Counted from the stretch's first letter, positions 1 to 9,765 are shown. The stretch: DNA of 64,000 nt from Acidimicrobiia bacterium UBA4744 (GCA_002403855.1 DHIO01000022.1:38-64037); one strand, 5' to 3'. Numbers and translations are program-made. The notes: generated from the sequence alone by a model not told the origin.

Positions 1-909
1 CCAAAAACCGAATCGGCGGGTAGCAACCTCAACCAAATCGGCAGCCTCATCACCCCGTTCCTCCCGCACGGGCCGGCGGGCTTCTTCGATGATGCGGTCG
101 ACCTCGCGTTCCAGGCGCTCGATATCAACATGCATGGCGGCCGCCTCCGGACCGCCGAGGCGCTCCGCCTGGAGACGCAGGGCCGCCAGCGGCGTGCGTA
201 GTCGATGCGACAGGTCGGCCACCGACTCGCGTTCGGCGGCCAGCAGAGCCCCGAGCCGGGTCGCCAGTATGTTGAAGGCCTCGCCGACCTCGGCCAGCTC
301 GGCTGGTCCTTCCGGTTGGACCCGGACGTCGAGGTCGCCTTCCCCGAGATCATGGGCGGCGGACGCCAACCGGCGCGCCGGAGCCACGACCGAACGGCCC
401 AGCCGATCGGCGACCACCACAGCCACGGCAATCAAGAAAAGCCCCAGCGCGCCCAAGATCAAACGTGCCGGCGCTACTCCCCGCTGCAGGTCGGCGTCCG
501 GCGCAAACCCTCTCACCACCAGGGTCCCGTCGCCGGTCACCACCGGGACCAGGATCTCGATCCCGCCGTTCAGGCGCGCGATGATGGCGGCTCCCGTACG
601 TGCTCGGGAAAGGTTGGGCGAGACCTGCGCGGGAGCCCCGATGACTTCATCGCCGGGGAGAAAGACCGAAACGTTGTCTGCGTTTCCGGCGGCCAGCGCC
701 ACCCGCGCCGACAGCAGGTTGCCGATTCCTTCCTGCCCGACCGCAGCGGCGACGGCGATGGCAGTGGCAACCGATTCCGCGTCGCGTTCGACGGAAGCCA
801 GCACCCGGCTTTCGGCCTGATCGGCAACGAGACGGGAGAGGGGTACGAAGAAGGCAAGAACGATGAGCGACGTAGTAGCAAGGGCGACAAGCGCCAGCGA
901 CCGCCGCAC
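1..909 (-). CDS. Sensor histidine kinase, partial (N-terminal TM/HAMP/HisKA part is in the window; the C-terminal ATPase part runs past position 1)
   Basis: Minus-strand translation starts at GTG 907-909, overlapping the response-regulator stop by 1 nt. It reads VRRSLALVALATTSLIVLAFF (TM), then a HAMP-like stretch, then the H-box ERESVADLSHRLRTPLAALRLQAE. There is no stop before position 1. The plus-strand ORFs 89..820 and 205..1041 are antisense artefacts. Confidence 0.75.
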   Translation of the reverse strand, partial: MRRSLALVALATTSLIVLAFFVPLSRLVADQAESRVLASVERDAESVATAIAVAAAVGQEGIGNLLSARVALAAGNADNVSVFLPGDEVIGAPAQVSPNLSRARTGAAIIARLNGGIEILVPVVTGDGTLVVRGFAPDADLQRGVAPARLILGALGLFLIAVAVVVADRLGRSVVAPARRLASAAHDLGEGDLDVRVQPEGPAELAEVGEAFNILATRLGALLAAERESVADLSHRLRTPLAALRLQAERLGGPEAAAMHVDIERLEREVDRIIEEARRPVREERGDEAADLVEVATRRFGFW

Positions 910-1619
910 TATTCGGGCTCGACCAGCTTCACGCCGACGCCGAACACAGTGCGGATGAAGCGGGGTTCTGAGGCACTCTCCCCAAGCTTGCGGCGAAGCC
1001 ACGAGAGGTGCACGTCGACGGTCTTGTCGCTCCCGCCGTAAGGTTGCCGCCATACCTCGGCAAGCAGGTCTCGTTTGGAAACGACCTCTCCGGCTCGTTC
1101 GGCAAGGTAGCGAAGGAGGTCGAATTCTTTGGGGCTCAGATCCAGGGCGGTGCCCCGAATCATCGCCTCGCGGGCGGCAACATCGATCTCGAGTTCCCCA
1201 ATCCTGAGGATCGGATCCTCTGCCTCGTCGCGGGCGCGACGCAGCACGGCCCGGATCCGGGCCTCCAGTTGAGCGACCGAGAACGGCTTGACCAGGTAGT
1301 CGTCGGCACCGGCGTCGAGGGCACGAACAATCTCTGGGTCTTCGTCGCGAGCCGTCGCCACGATCACCGGAACGTCGCTCACCGCGCGCATCATCCTGAG
1401 GAGTTCGATCCCATCGAGGTCGGGAAGGCCGAGATCGAGCACGACGAGGTCGGGGGCATCTGCCACAAGCGCGTTGAGGCCTTCCATGGCGGCCGCTACC
1501 CCGGTGACGTCGTGCCCCTGCTCGGCCAAGCCGCCGGCCACCAACTGGCGGATTCGCTGGTCATCTTCGATGAGGAGAATGCGAGCCACGGCGCCACGAT
1601 AGAACCCTTCAATCCACAC
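909..1619 (-). CDS. OmpR-family response regulator (receiver plus winged-helix)
   Basis: Receiver motifs RILLIEDD, DLVVLDLGLPDLDG and KPF are present, followed by a C-terminal trans_reg_C-like domain (LSPKEFDLLRYLA, DVHLSWLRRKL). The start is more likely GTG at 1589 (VARILLIEDD) than the ORF-track start at 1619. It is co-directional with the kinase immediately downstream. Confidence 0.9.
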   Translation of the reverse strand: MWIEGFYRGAVARILLIEDDQRIRQLVAGGLAEQGHDVTGVAAAMEGLNALVADAPDLVVLDLGLPDLDGIELLRMMRAVSDVPVIVATARDEDPEIVRALDAGADDYLVKPFSVAQLEARIRAVLRRARDEAEDPILRIGELEIDVAAREAMIRGTALDLSPKEFDLLRYLAERAGEVVSKRDLLAEVWRQPYGGSDKTVDVHLSWLRRKLGESASEPRFIRTVFGVGVKLVEPE

Positions 1620-1651
1620 CGGGCGTTCCTTAGGAGTTTTCTATCATCTCG

Positions 1652-2254
1652 TTGATGCCTTCCTCACCATCAAGGACGGAGACTGCTGGCATGCGCAGGA
1701 TCCTCACCGTGCTCATCTGGGTCGTCGCCGCCCTCGGCGCCACCGGCGTCGGCGCTGCGGCCGTGACCCTGGTGACGTCGCAAGTGAGCGATCCTCCGAC
1801 CGCTCCGCTGTCGGCCGAATCGCTCGAAGCACTGCCGACCACCCCCACCGTCCCACCCACTTCCGCGATGCCTCCGGTGTCGACGACCAGCACGACCTTC
1901 GTAGAGTCAACCACAACCACGATTGCGGCCCCCTCCACCACCACGACATCCGGCGCGACCACAACCAGCACGACCATGCCCTCGACGACAACCACGACGG
2001 CGCCGACGGCGACCGGGTTCCAATCCTTCACGCTCACCGGCGGAAGCGTCCTCATCGAAGTGCTCGACAACGGCGTCGCCTGGCGCTCCAGCACGCCTCA
2101 AGCGGGATTCGCGGTGGCCGTCAAAGAGACGGGACCGGAAAAGGTAGTAGTCAAGTTCGAGAGAACCGATCCCTCCGACGGGCCCACGTATGTCTTCGAG
2201 GCCGAATGGAAGAACGGGAGCCTCGACTGGGAGATCGAAGAGGACGACGACTGA
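1652..2254 (+). CDS. Membrane-anchored protein with a Ser/Thr/Pro-rich linker and a small C-terminal globular domain (hypothetical)
   Basis: N-terminal TM/signal MRRILTVLIWVVAALGATGVGAAAV is followed by about 100 aa of T/S/P low complexity, then a C-terminal domain ending EIEEDDD. It is divergent from the two-component operon. The start may be the internal ATG near 1691. Confidence 0.55.
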   Translation: MMPSSPSRTETAGMRRILTVLIWVVAALGATGVGAAAVTLVTSQVSDPPTAPLSAESLEALPTTPTVPPTSAMPPVSTTSTTFVESTTTTIAAPSTTTTSGATTTSTTMPSTTTTTAPTATGFQSFTLTGGSVLIEVLDNGVAWRSSTPQAGFAVAVKETGPEKVVVKFERTDPSDGPTYVFEAEWKNGSLDWEIEEDDD

Positions 2255-2287
2255 CCGGTCCGTCACCACAACCCACGGAGCATTGCT

Positions 2288-2305
2288 CCCGACGGTTGTG
2301 TCGGG
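2288..2305. terminator. Candidate bidirectional terminator hairpin between convergent genes
   Basis: cccgacGGTTGTgtcggg is a 6-bp stem with a 6-nt loop, followed by a second short GC stem (gggcgagccc). It lies in the 87-bp gap between convergent CDSs. Confidence 0.25.
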
Positions 2306-2341
2306 TTCGGGCGAGCCCTCCGTCTCGAACGGTGAGCCGGC

Positions 2342-3493
2342 CTACGCCCCCCCAACCGCGTGCGGGTATTCCACCGCCCGGTTCTGGAACGAGACGATCT
2401 TCGGGTTCTGGATCACCCCCTCCCGAATCTCGATGGCCCGTCCGATCGTCGGCTCGGCGTACCAGGCCTCGGGACCCGACATCACGGGCTCGAGGTAGGG
2501 AATGAGGGCCAGAGAGATCTCCCAGGAAGCACTGTCCCACAGGTAGGTGGGAGTGTGGTCGACGGCGTAGTAGACGGCCCCCCCTTGACCACCCACCCGG
2601 AAGGTGGACTGCGCGAAAGACGTCGGTCGTGCGAACGGGAATCCCATTCCCAGATCGCAGCTGACGTCGATAATGAGTGAGTTCGGCTGCAAATGCTCCT
2701 CGTCTCCGGGCTGCAAGAACATCACGGGATGGTCGGTGTCCTGGAGCGTCCCGTTCACGACCACATCGGCGAGCTTCAGCTCACTCGCCAGCGAAACCTC
2801 CTCGCCGTCTTCCGTCACCGTCGTCATCAAACCGTTGGATTGCGAACGCATGTGGCGATGACGACACCCCAAGAGTTGGTCCCGGACCAGGTGGGGAGGC
2901 CGCTGGGTGTAGATCGTGATGTCGAAGAAGCCCCGCCCCTGCAGCGCGTAGATCGCTCCCCGGCTCACCGAACCGAACCCCAAAACTGCGGTCTGCCGGG
3001 GCGGCCCGTAGAAGCCGTCCCCGCCCACCAACTCGAGCGCGTGCAGCACCCCGCAATACCCCGCCAGCTCGTTGTTCTTGTAGAACGTGTGCATCTGACG
3101 ATCACCGGCGCGGCCCCACAGGAACATTGCCTCGAAGGCGATCAAGGTCAGCCGCCGATCGATTGCGATCTCCGTGATCTCCTGTTGCTGAACGCAGTGG
3201 GGCCAGCCCCACAGCACCCCACCGGCCTTCATCTCCCGTAGGTCCTCGGCCATGGGCTTGGGCAGGATGACCACATCGCTCGACCGCAGGATTTCCGCCC
3301 GGCTCGCCAGGGCGACGCCAAGCTCCTCCAGCCGATCATCGGGGACCCCGAACCTGATGCCGTAGCCGACCTCGAGGACCAGCTTCGCCCGCTGCTCTTC
3401 GGACAATGCCGCCAGATGCAAGGGGTGGATCGGCACACGCGACTCGTTCTCCTTGCGGGAGGTGCCCACGATTCCGGTTCTCATATAGCTCAC
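2342..3493 (-). CDS. Alanine dehydrogenase/PNT-family NAD(P) oxidoreductase, N5-(carboxyethyl)ornithine synthase / saccharopine dehydrogenase-like
   Basis: Collinear similarity to the AlaDH fold: a Rossmann segment VLGFGSVSRGAIYALQGRGF-DITIY (GxGxxG-like) and LIIDVSCDLGMGF matching the AlaDH VIVDVAIDQGG region. The start is probably GTG 3493 (VSYMRTG) with AAGGAG 7 nt upstream. The ORF-track N-terminal extension is unlikely. Confidence 0.65.
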   Translation of the reverse strand: MSYMRTGIVGTSRKENESRVPIHPLHLAALSEEQRAKLVLEVGYGIRFGVPDDRLEELGVALASRAEILRSSDVVILPKPMAEDLREMKAGGVLWGWPHCVQQQEITEIAIDRRLTLIAFEAMFLWGRAGDRQMHTFYKNNELAGYCGVLHALELVGGDGFYGPPRQTAVLGFGSVSRGAIYALQGRGFFDITIYTQRPPHLVRDQLLGCRHRHMRSQSNGLMTTVTEDGEEVSLASELKLADVVVNGTLQDTDHPVMFLQPGDEEHLQPNSLIIDVSCDLGMGFPFARPTSFAQSTFRVGGQGGAVYYAVDHTPTYLWDSASWEISLALIPYLEPVMSGPEAWYAEPTIGRAIEIREGVIQNPKIVSFQNRAVEYPHAVGGA

Positions 3494-3701
3494 CTGGGGA
3501 CTCCTTCGTTCACAGATTCGACCGCGTCCGAGATTCGAACCCAACCCTATACCGTGGTTCGGTACGCTCCGTTGGCCACACCCGACGGGGCTCCTTCAGT
3601 TGACCTGGAGGGATTTCGTTGCCACCCGCCGTGATCCAACCGCGCTACGGCCGAGCAGCAAATCCACCCGTCCTGCCAAATCTAGGCAATACTGGGTACC
3701 C

Positions 3702-4652
3702 ATGACAGAATCCCGGTTTCGCCGCACGGGGCCATTGCGGGCGGACCCGGACGGTATTTTTCGCGCCCTCCACTCGTTTTCCGGTGTGTCGACCGGAGCG
3801 GTGGTCATGCTGGGCGTTGCTTCGGTGATCGCCACCGGCTTCACCGAGTGGGTAGCCGACCTCCCGATCCCCAACGACATCGTCTTCGTCCTGATCCTCG
3901 GGGGGGTGACCTTTCACGGCAGCGCGACAGCCGGGGTCTTCCTGGCTCTGCTGGCGGGCCTCGCCCGCCTCATCTCGACTGGTGCCCCCGCTGCTCGGGA
4001 CCCGGTCGCGTGGCCTCTCGCCGCAATGGAAGCTGTGGCCCTTCTGGCCCTGCTGTTGGGTGTGGTCCTTCTGGCCCGGGCCCTCCATCGGGCCATCGGC
4101 GCACTGCAGCACCAGGCTCTGCGCGATCCGCTCACCGGCACCTTGAACACACGGGGGTTCATGGGAATCGCCGAACGAGAACGGCTGCAAGCGCTCAGGA
4201 CCGGCCATCCGCTCACCATCGCCTACTTCGACATCGATGGTCTGAAGACGCTCAACGATGAGGCCGGCCATCAGGCCGGCGATCGTCTTCTGGTTCAGTT
4301 CGTCTCGGCGGTAGTCGCGTCGGTTCGCGCTTACGATATCTTTGCGCGCCTGGGAGGAGACGAGTTCGTGTTGGTCATGCCGGCGACGGATCAGCGGGGA
4401 GCGCTGGGCGCCGTCACCCGCATCCGAGACCAGCTCGTCGAACAGCACTCTCCTCTGTCGGTGAGTGTCGGTGTTGTGACCGATTCCGCACCCGACGAGC
4501 CGCTGGACCGTCTCCTCCAGGATGCGGACCGCTTGATGTATCGGGCCAAACGAGCGGGCGGCGATCGCCTCGTGGGAGTCGTGAGGCCGGGAGAGCCCGG
4601 CTCAGACGAGCATGTTGTCGAGTTGGCTGATTTGGTCTCCCATCACCGCTGA
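3702..4652 (+). CDS. Membrane-bound GGDEF diguanylate cyclase
   Basis: About 5 N-terminal TM segments, then RDPLTGTLNTRGF, an intact GGDEF motif and MYRAKRAGGDR. The start is taken at ATG 3702 (MTESRFRR); the ORF track extends to 3600. Confidence 0.85.
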   Translation: MTESRFRRTGPLRADPDGIFRALHSFSGVSTGAVVMLGVASVIATGFTEWVADLPIPNDIVFVLILGGVTFHGSATAGVFLALLAGLARLISTGAPAARDPVAWPLAAMEAVALLALLLGVVLLARALHRAIGALQHQALRDPLTGTLNTRGFMGIAERERLQALRTGHPLTIAYFDIDGLKTLNDEAGHQAGDRLLVQFVSAVVASVRAYDIFARLGGDEFVLVMPATDQRGALGAVTRIRDQLVEQHSPLSVSVGVVTDSAPDEPLDRLLQDADRLMYRAKRAGGDRLVGVVRPGEPGSDEHVVELADLVSHHR

Positions 4653-4692
4653 GGTCCGAGAACCGGAGCGCGCCCCTGAATCGTCCGCCTCC

Positions 4693-5076
4693 TCAGGACG
4701 GAAAGTCGGTTCCGGTGAGCAGCCGTCGGAGGCGATCGTACGAAGTGGCGTAGTGGACCACCAATGCGGCGGAAAAGACGATCCCGATAACCGTCTGTCC
4801 GACTGCAAACCATCCGACGGCAGCGGCGGTGAATACCGTCAGCTCGATCATCAGACGAATCCATCCGGACACCGGTATGGGGGCCTTGCCGGAGCGACTC
4901 GGGTCGCCGGGAACGTTGAACGTGCCCCACACTGCGGCCGCCGCCAGCGGCAACCCGACGGCTGCCAGTGCCCCCACCCAGCCATCGCCCAGCGTCGACC
5001 CCCACCAGGCCAACCCGCCCAGCGCACCCAACTCGAGGAGGAACCGAACCGCAAGGTTGATCGGATGTGAACCCAC
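4693..5076 (-). CDS. Small membrane protein, DUF2568 (YrdB-like) family
   Basis: About 127 aa with four TM helices (LAVRFLLELGALGGLAWWG and following). The probable GTG start is at 5076 (VGSHPINLAV). The ORF-track N-terminal 29 aa look non-coding. Confidence 0.55.
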   Translation of the reverse strand: MGSHPINLAVRFLLELGALGGLAWWGSTLGDGWVGALAAVGLPLAAAAVWGTFNVPGDPSRSGKAPIPVSGWIRLMIELTVFTAAAVGWFAVGQTVIGIVFSAALVVHYATSYDRLRRLLTGTDFPS

Positions 5077-5311
5077 CGTGACTCCCGCTGACCAACACCG
5101 ACCCTCACCATACCCACCTCTCAACAACGCGTTTCCTGGGTGTTGCGATGCCTTCGAGGCCAACGACCCGGCCTGAGAGGTCGGTCGCCTCTAGGAGCGC
5201 CCGGGCCGACTCGGGTAGGAAGGACGGCGAAGAACCCTCCGGGCATGGCTCGGGGTTGTCGCGGCGACCACCGGCCCGCCGCCAGAGTCGAACTACGAAA
5301 GGGAGCCGTTC

Positions 5312-5746
5312 ATGCAGGTCGTTGCGGGAATCGTGATCACGGTGTTGTCGCTGCTTTGCTGGGTGGGACAAACCGTTTCCTGGCTGGCGCCGGCCACCGC
5401 CGTGAAGCTAACCCTGATGGAAGCGGAACAGGACGTAGAGCCGACGTATTGGGCGGACATACGCGGTGAAGCGCCGTGGGACTTCCTCACGCTTTGGACC
5501 TTGGTGGTGGCCGGAGTATTGCTCACCATCGACAACTCTGCGTGGGCATACTTCGGACTCATCGGGGGTGGTATGTACGTCTACTTCGCCGGTCGAGGGA
5601 TCTTCACGAGAGTGGCGATGCTGCGGCGAGGACTACGAATCGGCAGCCCGCAGAGCGTGAAAGTCGGCTTCACTTTCCTCGCCATCTGGGGCGTCATGGG
5701 GTTGGCCACCATCGTCGCCTCGGCCGCGGCCCTGCCCGTCTCATGA
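5312..5746 (+). CDS. Hypothetical integral membrane protein
   Basis: Four predicted TM helices with coherent codon usage. No recognisable family. Confidence 0.5.
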   Translation: MQVVAGIVITVLSLLCWVGQTVSWLAPATAVKLTLMEAEQDVEPTYWADIRGEAPWDFLTLWTLVVAGVLLTIDNSAWAYFGLIGGGMYVYFAGRGIFTRVAMLRRGLRIGSPQSVKVGFTFLAIWGVMGLATIVASAAALPVS

Positions 5747-5773
5747 ACCGAAGTCGGCATTAGGGGGAACCAC

Positions 5774-6214
5774 GTGGAAGTCACAACCATCACCCGTATC
5801 GTGGCGATAGCGGGCCTGATACTGATAGGGATCCTCGGTGCTCTGCAGTTCGTAGCCGTCCTACGTCCACGCAGCGCCTGGACCATTGAGAACGTCTACG
5901 GCGGGTCCCCCGACGCCACCGACCCCAAGGCCTACTTCGCGTTCAATCAGGGTTCGGCGTGGGCCGATCCATTCTTCTGGGCACCCCTCCAGATCGCTGG
6001 AAGCGTCGGGATGCTCCTCGGGCAGCGGTGGGGTTTTCTGCTTGCCCTGGCCGCTTCGGTTCCCTTCTGGTATACGGCGATATTCTTCTTCATCTGGGAC
6101 CGGGACCTCGGGTTCCGAGAAAACACCTTCAACTACTGGGTGTTCATCTGGGGGATGTGGCCGGTGTTTGGCATCCTGGAAGGCGTCTACTGCTTTGTTC
6201 GGCTCCTGGAATAG
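5774..6214 (+). CDS. Hypothetical integral membrane protein
   Basis: Four TM helices, W/F-rich (FFWAPLQIAG, FIWGMWPVFG). It sits in tandem with the previous membrane protein. Confidence 0.5.
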   Translation: MEVTTITRIVAIAGLILIGILGALQFVAVLRPRSAWTIENVYGGSPDATDPKAYFAFNQGSAWADPFFWAPLQIAGSVGMLLGQRWGFLLALAASVPFWYTAIFFFIWDRDLGFRENTFNYWVFIWGMWPVFGILEGVYCFVRLLE

Positions 6215-6255
6215 GAGGAATCGATGACCTGCATCGCCACGAGGAGGTAGGCGCG

Positions 6256-6948
6256 ATGCGCACGCAAATGATGATCATGCTGATCGTGATGGCGGTGGTT
6301 CTCACAGCAATCGCAGCCATGTGGGGGGTGATCTGGTGGTTGGGTGCCGGCCTCGGTTCGGTCGTGCTAGTGGCAACCGCGGCTTCGCTGATTCTGATAG
6401 TCCGACGGGTCGTGCAGCCCTGGTATCGACGCTGGGGTGCCACCGACGAAGAGACGACCATGGCGATGCCCGGAGACGAACTGATCCCGGACGCCACCTC
6501 CGTCACCCGGGCCATCGGTGTAGCCGCCCGGCCCGAGGACGTATGGCCCTGGCTGGTTCAGCTCGGTTACGGAAAAGCCGGTTGGTACAGCTACGACTGG
6601 ATCGACAACGACGGCCGCCCGAGCGCCGATGAGATCATCCCTGAATACCAGACGCTGGAAACAGGTGACCGGATCCTGATGATGCCGGAAATGGGGTTCA
6701 CAGTGACTTCTGTCGATCCGAACCGTTCGATCGTCAGTCTGCTGGAGGACGGGACCACCAGTTGGTGCCTCGGCCTCTACCCTCAGACCGGAAATGGCAC
6801 CCGGTTGGTGAGCCGCTGGAGAAACAAGTGGGGCAAGATCACTCTCGCCAACGCGCTCTTCATCGCCATCACCGACCCCGGCACCTTCATCATGGAACAG
6901 AAGATGCTGCGCGAGATCCGGGACCGGGCCGAACGGACCGGGGCCTGA
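6256..6948 (+). CDS. SRPBCC (START/Bet v1/polyketide-cyclase-like) domain protein with N-terminal TM anchor
   Basis: ATG at 6256 is preceded by GAGGAGG. N-terminal MRTQMMIMLIVMAVVLTAIAAMWGVIWWLGAGLGSVVLVATAASLILIV is followed by a roughly 160-aa alpha/beta domain (AIGVAARPEDVWPWLVQLGYGKAGWYSYDW) typical of the SRPBCC fold. Confidence 0.55.
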   Translation: MRTQMMIMLIVMAVVLTAIAAMWGVIWWLGAGLGSVVLVATAASLILIVRRVVQPWYRRWGATDEETTMAMPGDELIPDATSVTRAIGVAARPEDVWPWLVQLGYGKAGWYSYDWIDNDGRPSADEIIPEYQTLETGDRILMMPEMGFTVTSVDPNRSIVSLLEDGTTSWCLGLYPQTGNGTRLVSRWRNKWGKITLANALFIAITDPGTFIMEQKMLREIRDRAERTGA

Positions 6949-7232
6949 TCCGAGCAGAATTGCGAGGTACGAGGCTAAGCAATGTCGTCGGTCAGAACCG
7001 CACTCGCCGTCAACGGACTCGTGTTCCTCATGCGGGCCGCGCTGAACCTTCTTCGGCTCTCCGCGAATGACGCGGCGACGAGACCCCACAAGGGTGCCGT
7101 GCGAGTGATCGGCATCGGCTAGGCGGCGCTGGGCCTGATCCAGCTCGGCACGACCCGCGCAGATCTCCAAACCCTCAGATCGACCGCGGCGGCATCGGGG
7201 CTGTTCGCAGCCGCCCACCGTAAGATCAGAGC

Positions 7233-8252
7233 ATGGAACTAGGAATCACCAGCTTCGCCGAGACCATCCCCGACCCTTCCTCTGCACCGACAATCGGCCA
7301 TGGAGAGCGTCTACGTCAGGTGCTCGAGGAGATCGCACTAGCCGAAGCGGTCGGCCTGGACGTGTACGGCCTGGGCGAACATCATCGCCCGGACTTCGCC
7401 TCTTCATCACCGGCCACCGTGCTCGCGGCCGCGGCCGGACGGACATCGAAGATTCGGCTCTTCCCGGCCGTATCCATTCTCAGCACTGACGACCCGGTGC
7501 GGGTGTTCCAGCAATATGCCACCCTCGATCTGGTGTCGTCGGGGCGGGCAGAGCTGCTGGTAGGTCGGGGCTCGTTCATCGAGTCGTTCCCCCTGTTCGG
7601 ATACTCCCTGGACGACTACGACGCCATCTTCGCCGAGAAACTCGACCTGCTCCTCGCCATCAGAGACAACGAGAAGGTCACGTGGTCGGGCCGGTTCCGG
7701 CCGCCCATCAACGATCAAGGGGTCTATCCCCGACCCGAACGATCGCTTCCCATTCGAGTGGCGGTGGGCGGAACGCCCCAATCGATCGTGCGCGCCGCCA
7801 CCCGTGGTCTTCCGGTGGCCTTGGCCATCATCGGAGGAAATCCCGACCGGTTCCGGGTGCTCGCCGACCTGCACCGACGCACTCTCGCCGAGTCGGGATT
7901 CGACCCCTCAGAGGTGCCCCTGTCGGTACACGGTCACGGCTACGTTGCCGACACCACGGAGCAGGCCGTTGAGGAGTTCTACAGTTCGTACGCAGCCGCC
8001 ATGACTCGAATCGGCCGAGAGCGGGGATGGGGTCCCATGACCCGCTCGCAGTACGACATGATGCGGGGTCCGGACGGTTCCCTGGTACTCGGCGACGCGG
8101 AGACGGTGGCCGCCAAGATCCTCCGCTGGCAGGAGATCCTGGGTGTGAACAGGTTCGAGCTCCATGTCAGTGTCGGGACACTCCCCCACCGCCAGGTACT
8201 CCGCAGCATCGAGTTGCTCGGCACCAAGGTGGCACGGCTCGTGCGAGCCTGA
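7233..8252 (+). CDS. LLM-class (luciferase-like) flavin-dependent oxidoreductase
   Basis: TIM-barrel LLM hallmarks are present: MELGITSFAETIPD, GLDVYGLGEHH and the subdomain GYVADTTEQAVEEF. Length 339 aa. Confidence 0.85.
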   Translation: MELGITSFAETIPDPSSAPTIGHGERLRQVLEEIALAEAVGLDVYGLGEHHRPDFASSSPATVLAAAAGRTSKIRLFPAVSILSTDDPVRVFQQYATLDLVSSGRAELLVGRGSFIESFPLFGYSLDDYDAIFAEKLDLLLAIRDNEKVTWSGRFRPPINDQGVYPRPERSLPIRVAVGGTPQSIVRAATRGLPVALAIIGGNPDRFRVLADLHRRTLAESGFDPSEVPLSVHGHGYVADTTEQAVEEFYSSYAAAMTRIGRERGWGPMTRSQYDMMRGPDGSLVLGDAETVAAKILRWQEILGVNRFELHVSVGTLPHRQVLRSIELLGTKVARLVRA

Positions 8253-8442
8253 CCTTCGGACAACGGTGATTCCGAAGCCGGTATCCGGCTTCTGTTGCAC
8301 ATCGCGGATCTCGAGACCGGTCGCCTCACCCGCGATATCGGCGGAGAACCGGACTGAGCAGGCCGACGCCGGCGCCCACCGTGTTCCTCCCGACCCTCTT
8401 ATCCCACTCGAAGACAACGGGTTTGCGCCATAGACATGGGCC

Positions 8443-9702
8443 CTAGACCCGCGGACGTCGCGACGCCCTACGGAGGCGCGAATCCAGCGGGTGTGAGGCG
8501 CTCCTTCCACCATCGGCGTTGAGAGGCTTCATCGACGTCCGCTCGACGACATCGACCGACCGATCGAAGTACAGGGACCCGGCGGCAGCAAGCTCGGCTT
8601 CGGCGCCTCGCCGAATCGAGGCCGGACCACCGGCGAAGAGGTGGTACCGAACCGATTCTGCCGGCTCCCCGGCCACTTGCCAGACTCCGATGATGCGGCC
8701 GCGATGCACGAGCGTTGCTGTGGCGTTGCCTCCGCCGTCGTAGACAAAGGAGTTGCGGGCCGGGTCGACGAACCGGGAGCGATCCCGATACCCCTGGACA
8801 TACGGATCAAGCAACGGGAGCGCCTTCACGCCCGACCCCGGCTCGAGTTCGGAGTCACTGCCTGCAGCCCGGTACAGCGGGCCCGGCCAGCCGTCGACCG
8901 CCACTTCCTCGACTTGAGCGTCGAGGGCTTCCAGCGCGGACCGGCATCGTCTCTTGGTGAAGCCCGTCCACCAGGACATGTCGTCGATCGTCACCGGCCC
9001 GTAGGAACGGACGTACCGTTGGATCAGCTCCCGTACGGCAACCCCCTCGTCCCACCTGCGAGGATCCACGTCTGGAAGGACGTCCTCCCAACGGTGGTAC
9101 TCGCGGACGCTCGATCGCCAACTCCGCGGAGGGGCACCCCCCACGAGCTGACCGACGTCGCACATTCGGCTCACCATCCCGGACAGGTCGACAGACTGTG
9201 GGACTTCGAGCACGCGGCGCAGGCCGCGCACGGTGAGAGGCCCATCGGCCAAGGCTGCGTACACGTCGGCGGAGAGACGATCGAACACCTCCTGTGAGAT
9301 CCCCGAGTCACGCAGCCACCTGGCCGTCAACGGCTCCGAGATCCTCCGCGTCGCCGCCGCGGCGATCTCGAGAAGCTCACGAGGAAACACGAACATGGTC
9401 AGGCGCATGGCACGGATTCGAGCCAGACGCCACGAGCTCCACATCAGGCCATCCAGATCGGCCCGGGAGAATCCGGGAAGGCGGGCGAGGACGGAGAGAT
9501 ACGGGCTCACCGGACTCGTGTTGTGGAGGCCGACGAGCTCGGAGGCAATCTCCTCTATGGAGGACCCGGGCGTAGACAGCGAGTGGTGACGGGCGGCGCC
9601 TGCGAGTGCCTCGTCGGCGGTGAGCGTGGTCACGTCCGTGAGGGCCCCTTCGTCTCCGTCTTGCTCGTGTGCTTCCCGTCGCCGGCGGTGCCATCGCGAC
9701 AC
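8443..9702 (-). CDS. Winged-helix DNA-binding DUF1006 protein (YcaQ/AlkZ-like putative DNA glycosylase family)
   Basis: 419 aa. The N-terminal region ELVGLHNTSPVSPYLSVLARLPGFSRADLDGLMWSSWRLARIRAMRLTMFVFPRE fits the YcaQ/AlkZ fold pattern. Length and architecture match that family. Assignment is from memory only. Confidence 0.5.
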   Translation of the reverse strand: MSRWHRRRREAHEQDGDEGALTDVTTLTADEALAGAARHHSLSTPGSSIEEIASELVGLHNTSPVSPYLSVLARLPGFSRADLDGLMWSSWRLARIRAMRLTMFVFPRELLEIAAAATRRISEPLTARWLRDSGISQEVFDRLSADVYAALADGPLTVRGLRRVLEVPQSVDLSGMVSRMCDVGQLVGGAPPRSWRSSVREYHRWEDVLPDVDPRRWDEGVAVRELIQRYVRSYGPVTIDDMSWWTGFTKRRCRSALEALDAQVEEVAVDGWPGPLYRAAGSDSELEPGSGVKALPLLDPYVQGYRDRSRFVDPARNSFVYDGGGNATATLVHRGRIIGVWQVAGEPAESVRYHLFAGGPASIRRGAEAELAAAGSLYFDRSVDVVERTSMKPLNADGGRSASHPLDSRLRRASRRPRV

Positions 9703-9765
9703 TACCTTCGGCGACGGATTCGTTGCCGGGCAGAAGTCCCCGAAGACCGCAGGTATTGTGCCTCC

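Noticed and set aside
89-1041. Plus-strand ORFs 89..820 and 205..1041 (243 and 278 aa)
   Set aside because: They are Arg/Ser/Ala-rich low-complexity translations lying antisense to a well-supported histidine-kinase frame with an H-box. They are typical high-GC shadow ORFs.
6367-7218. 283-aa minus-strand ORF
   Set aside because: It is antisense to the SRPBCC gene and Gly/Arg/Pro-rich with no domain signal.
6982-7240. Small hydrophobic ORF MSSVRTALAVNGLVFLMRAALNLLRL... interrupted by an in-frame TAG at 7120-7122 and continuing to the LLM start
   Set aside because: It could be a decayed small membrane-protein gene or a coincidence. It is too short and unsupported to call.
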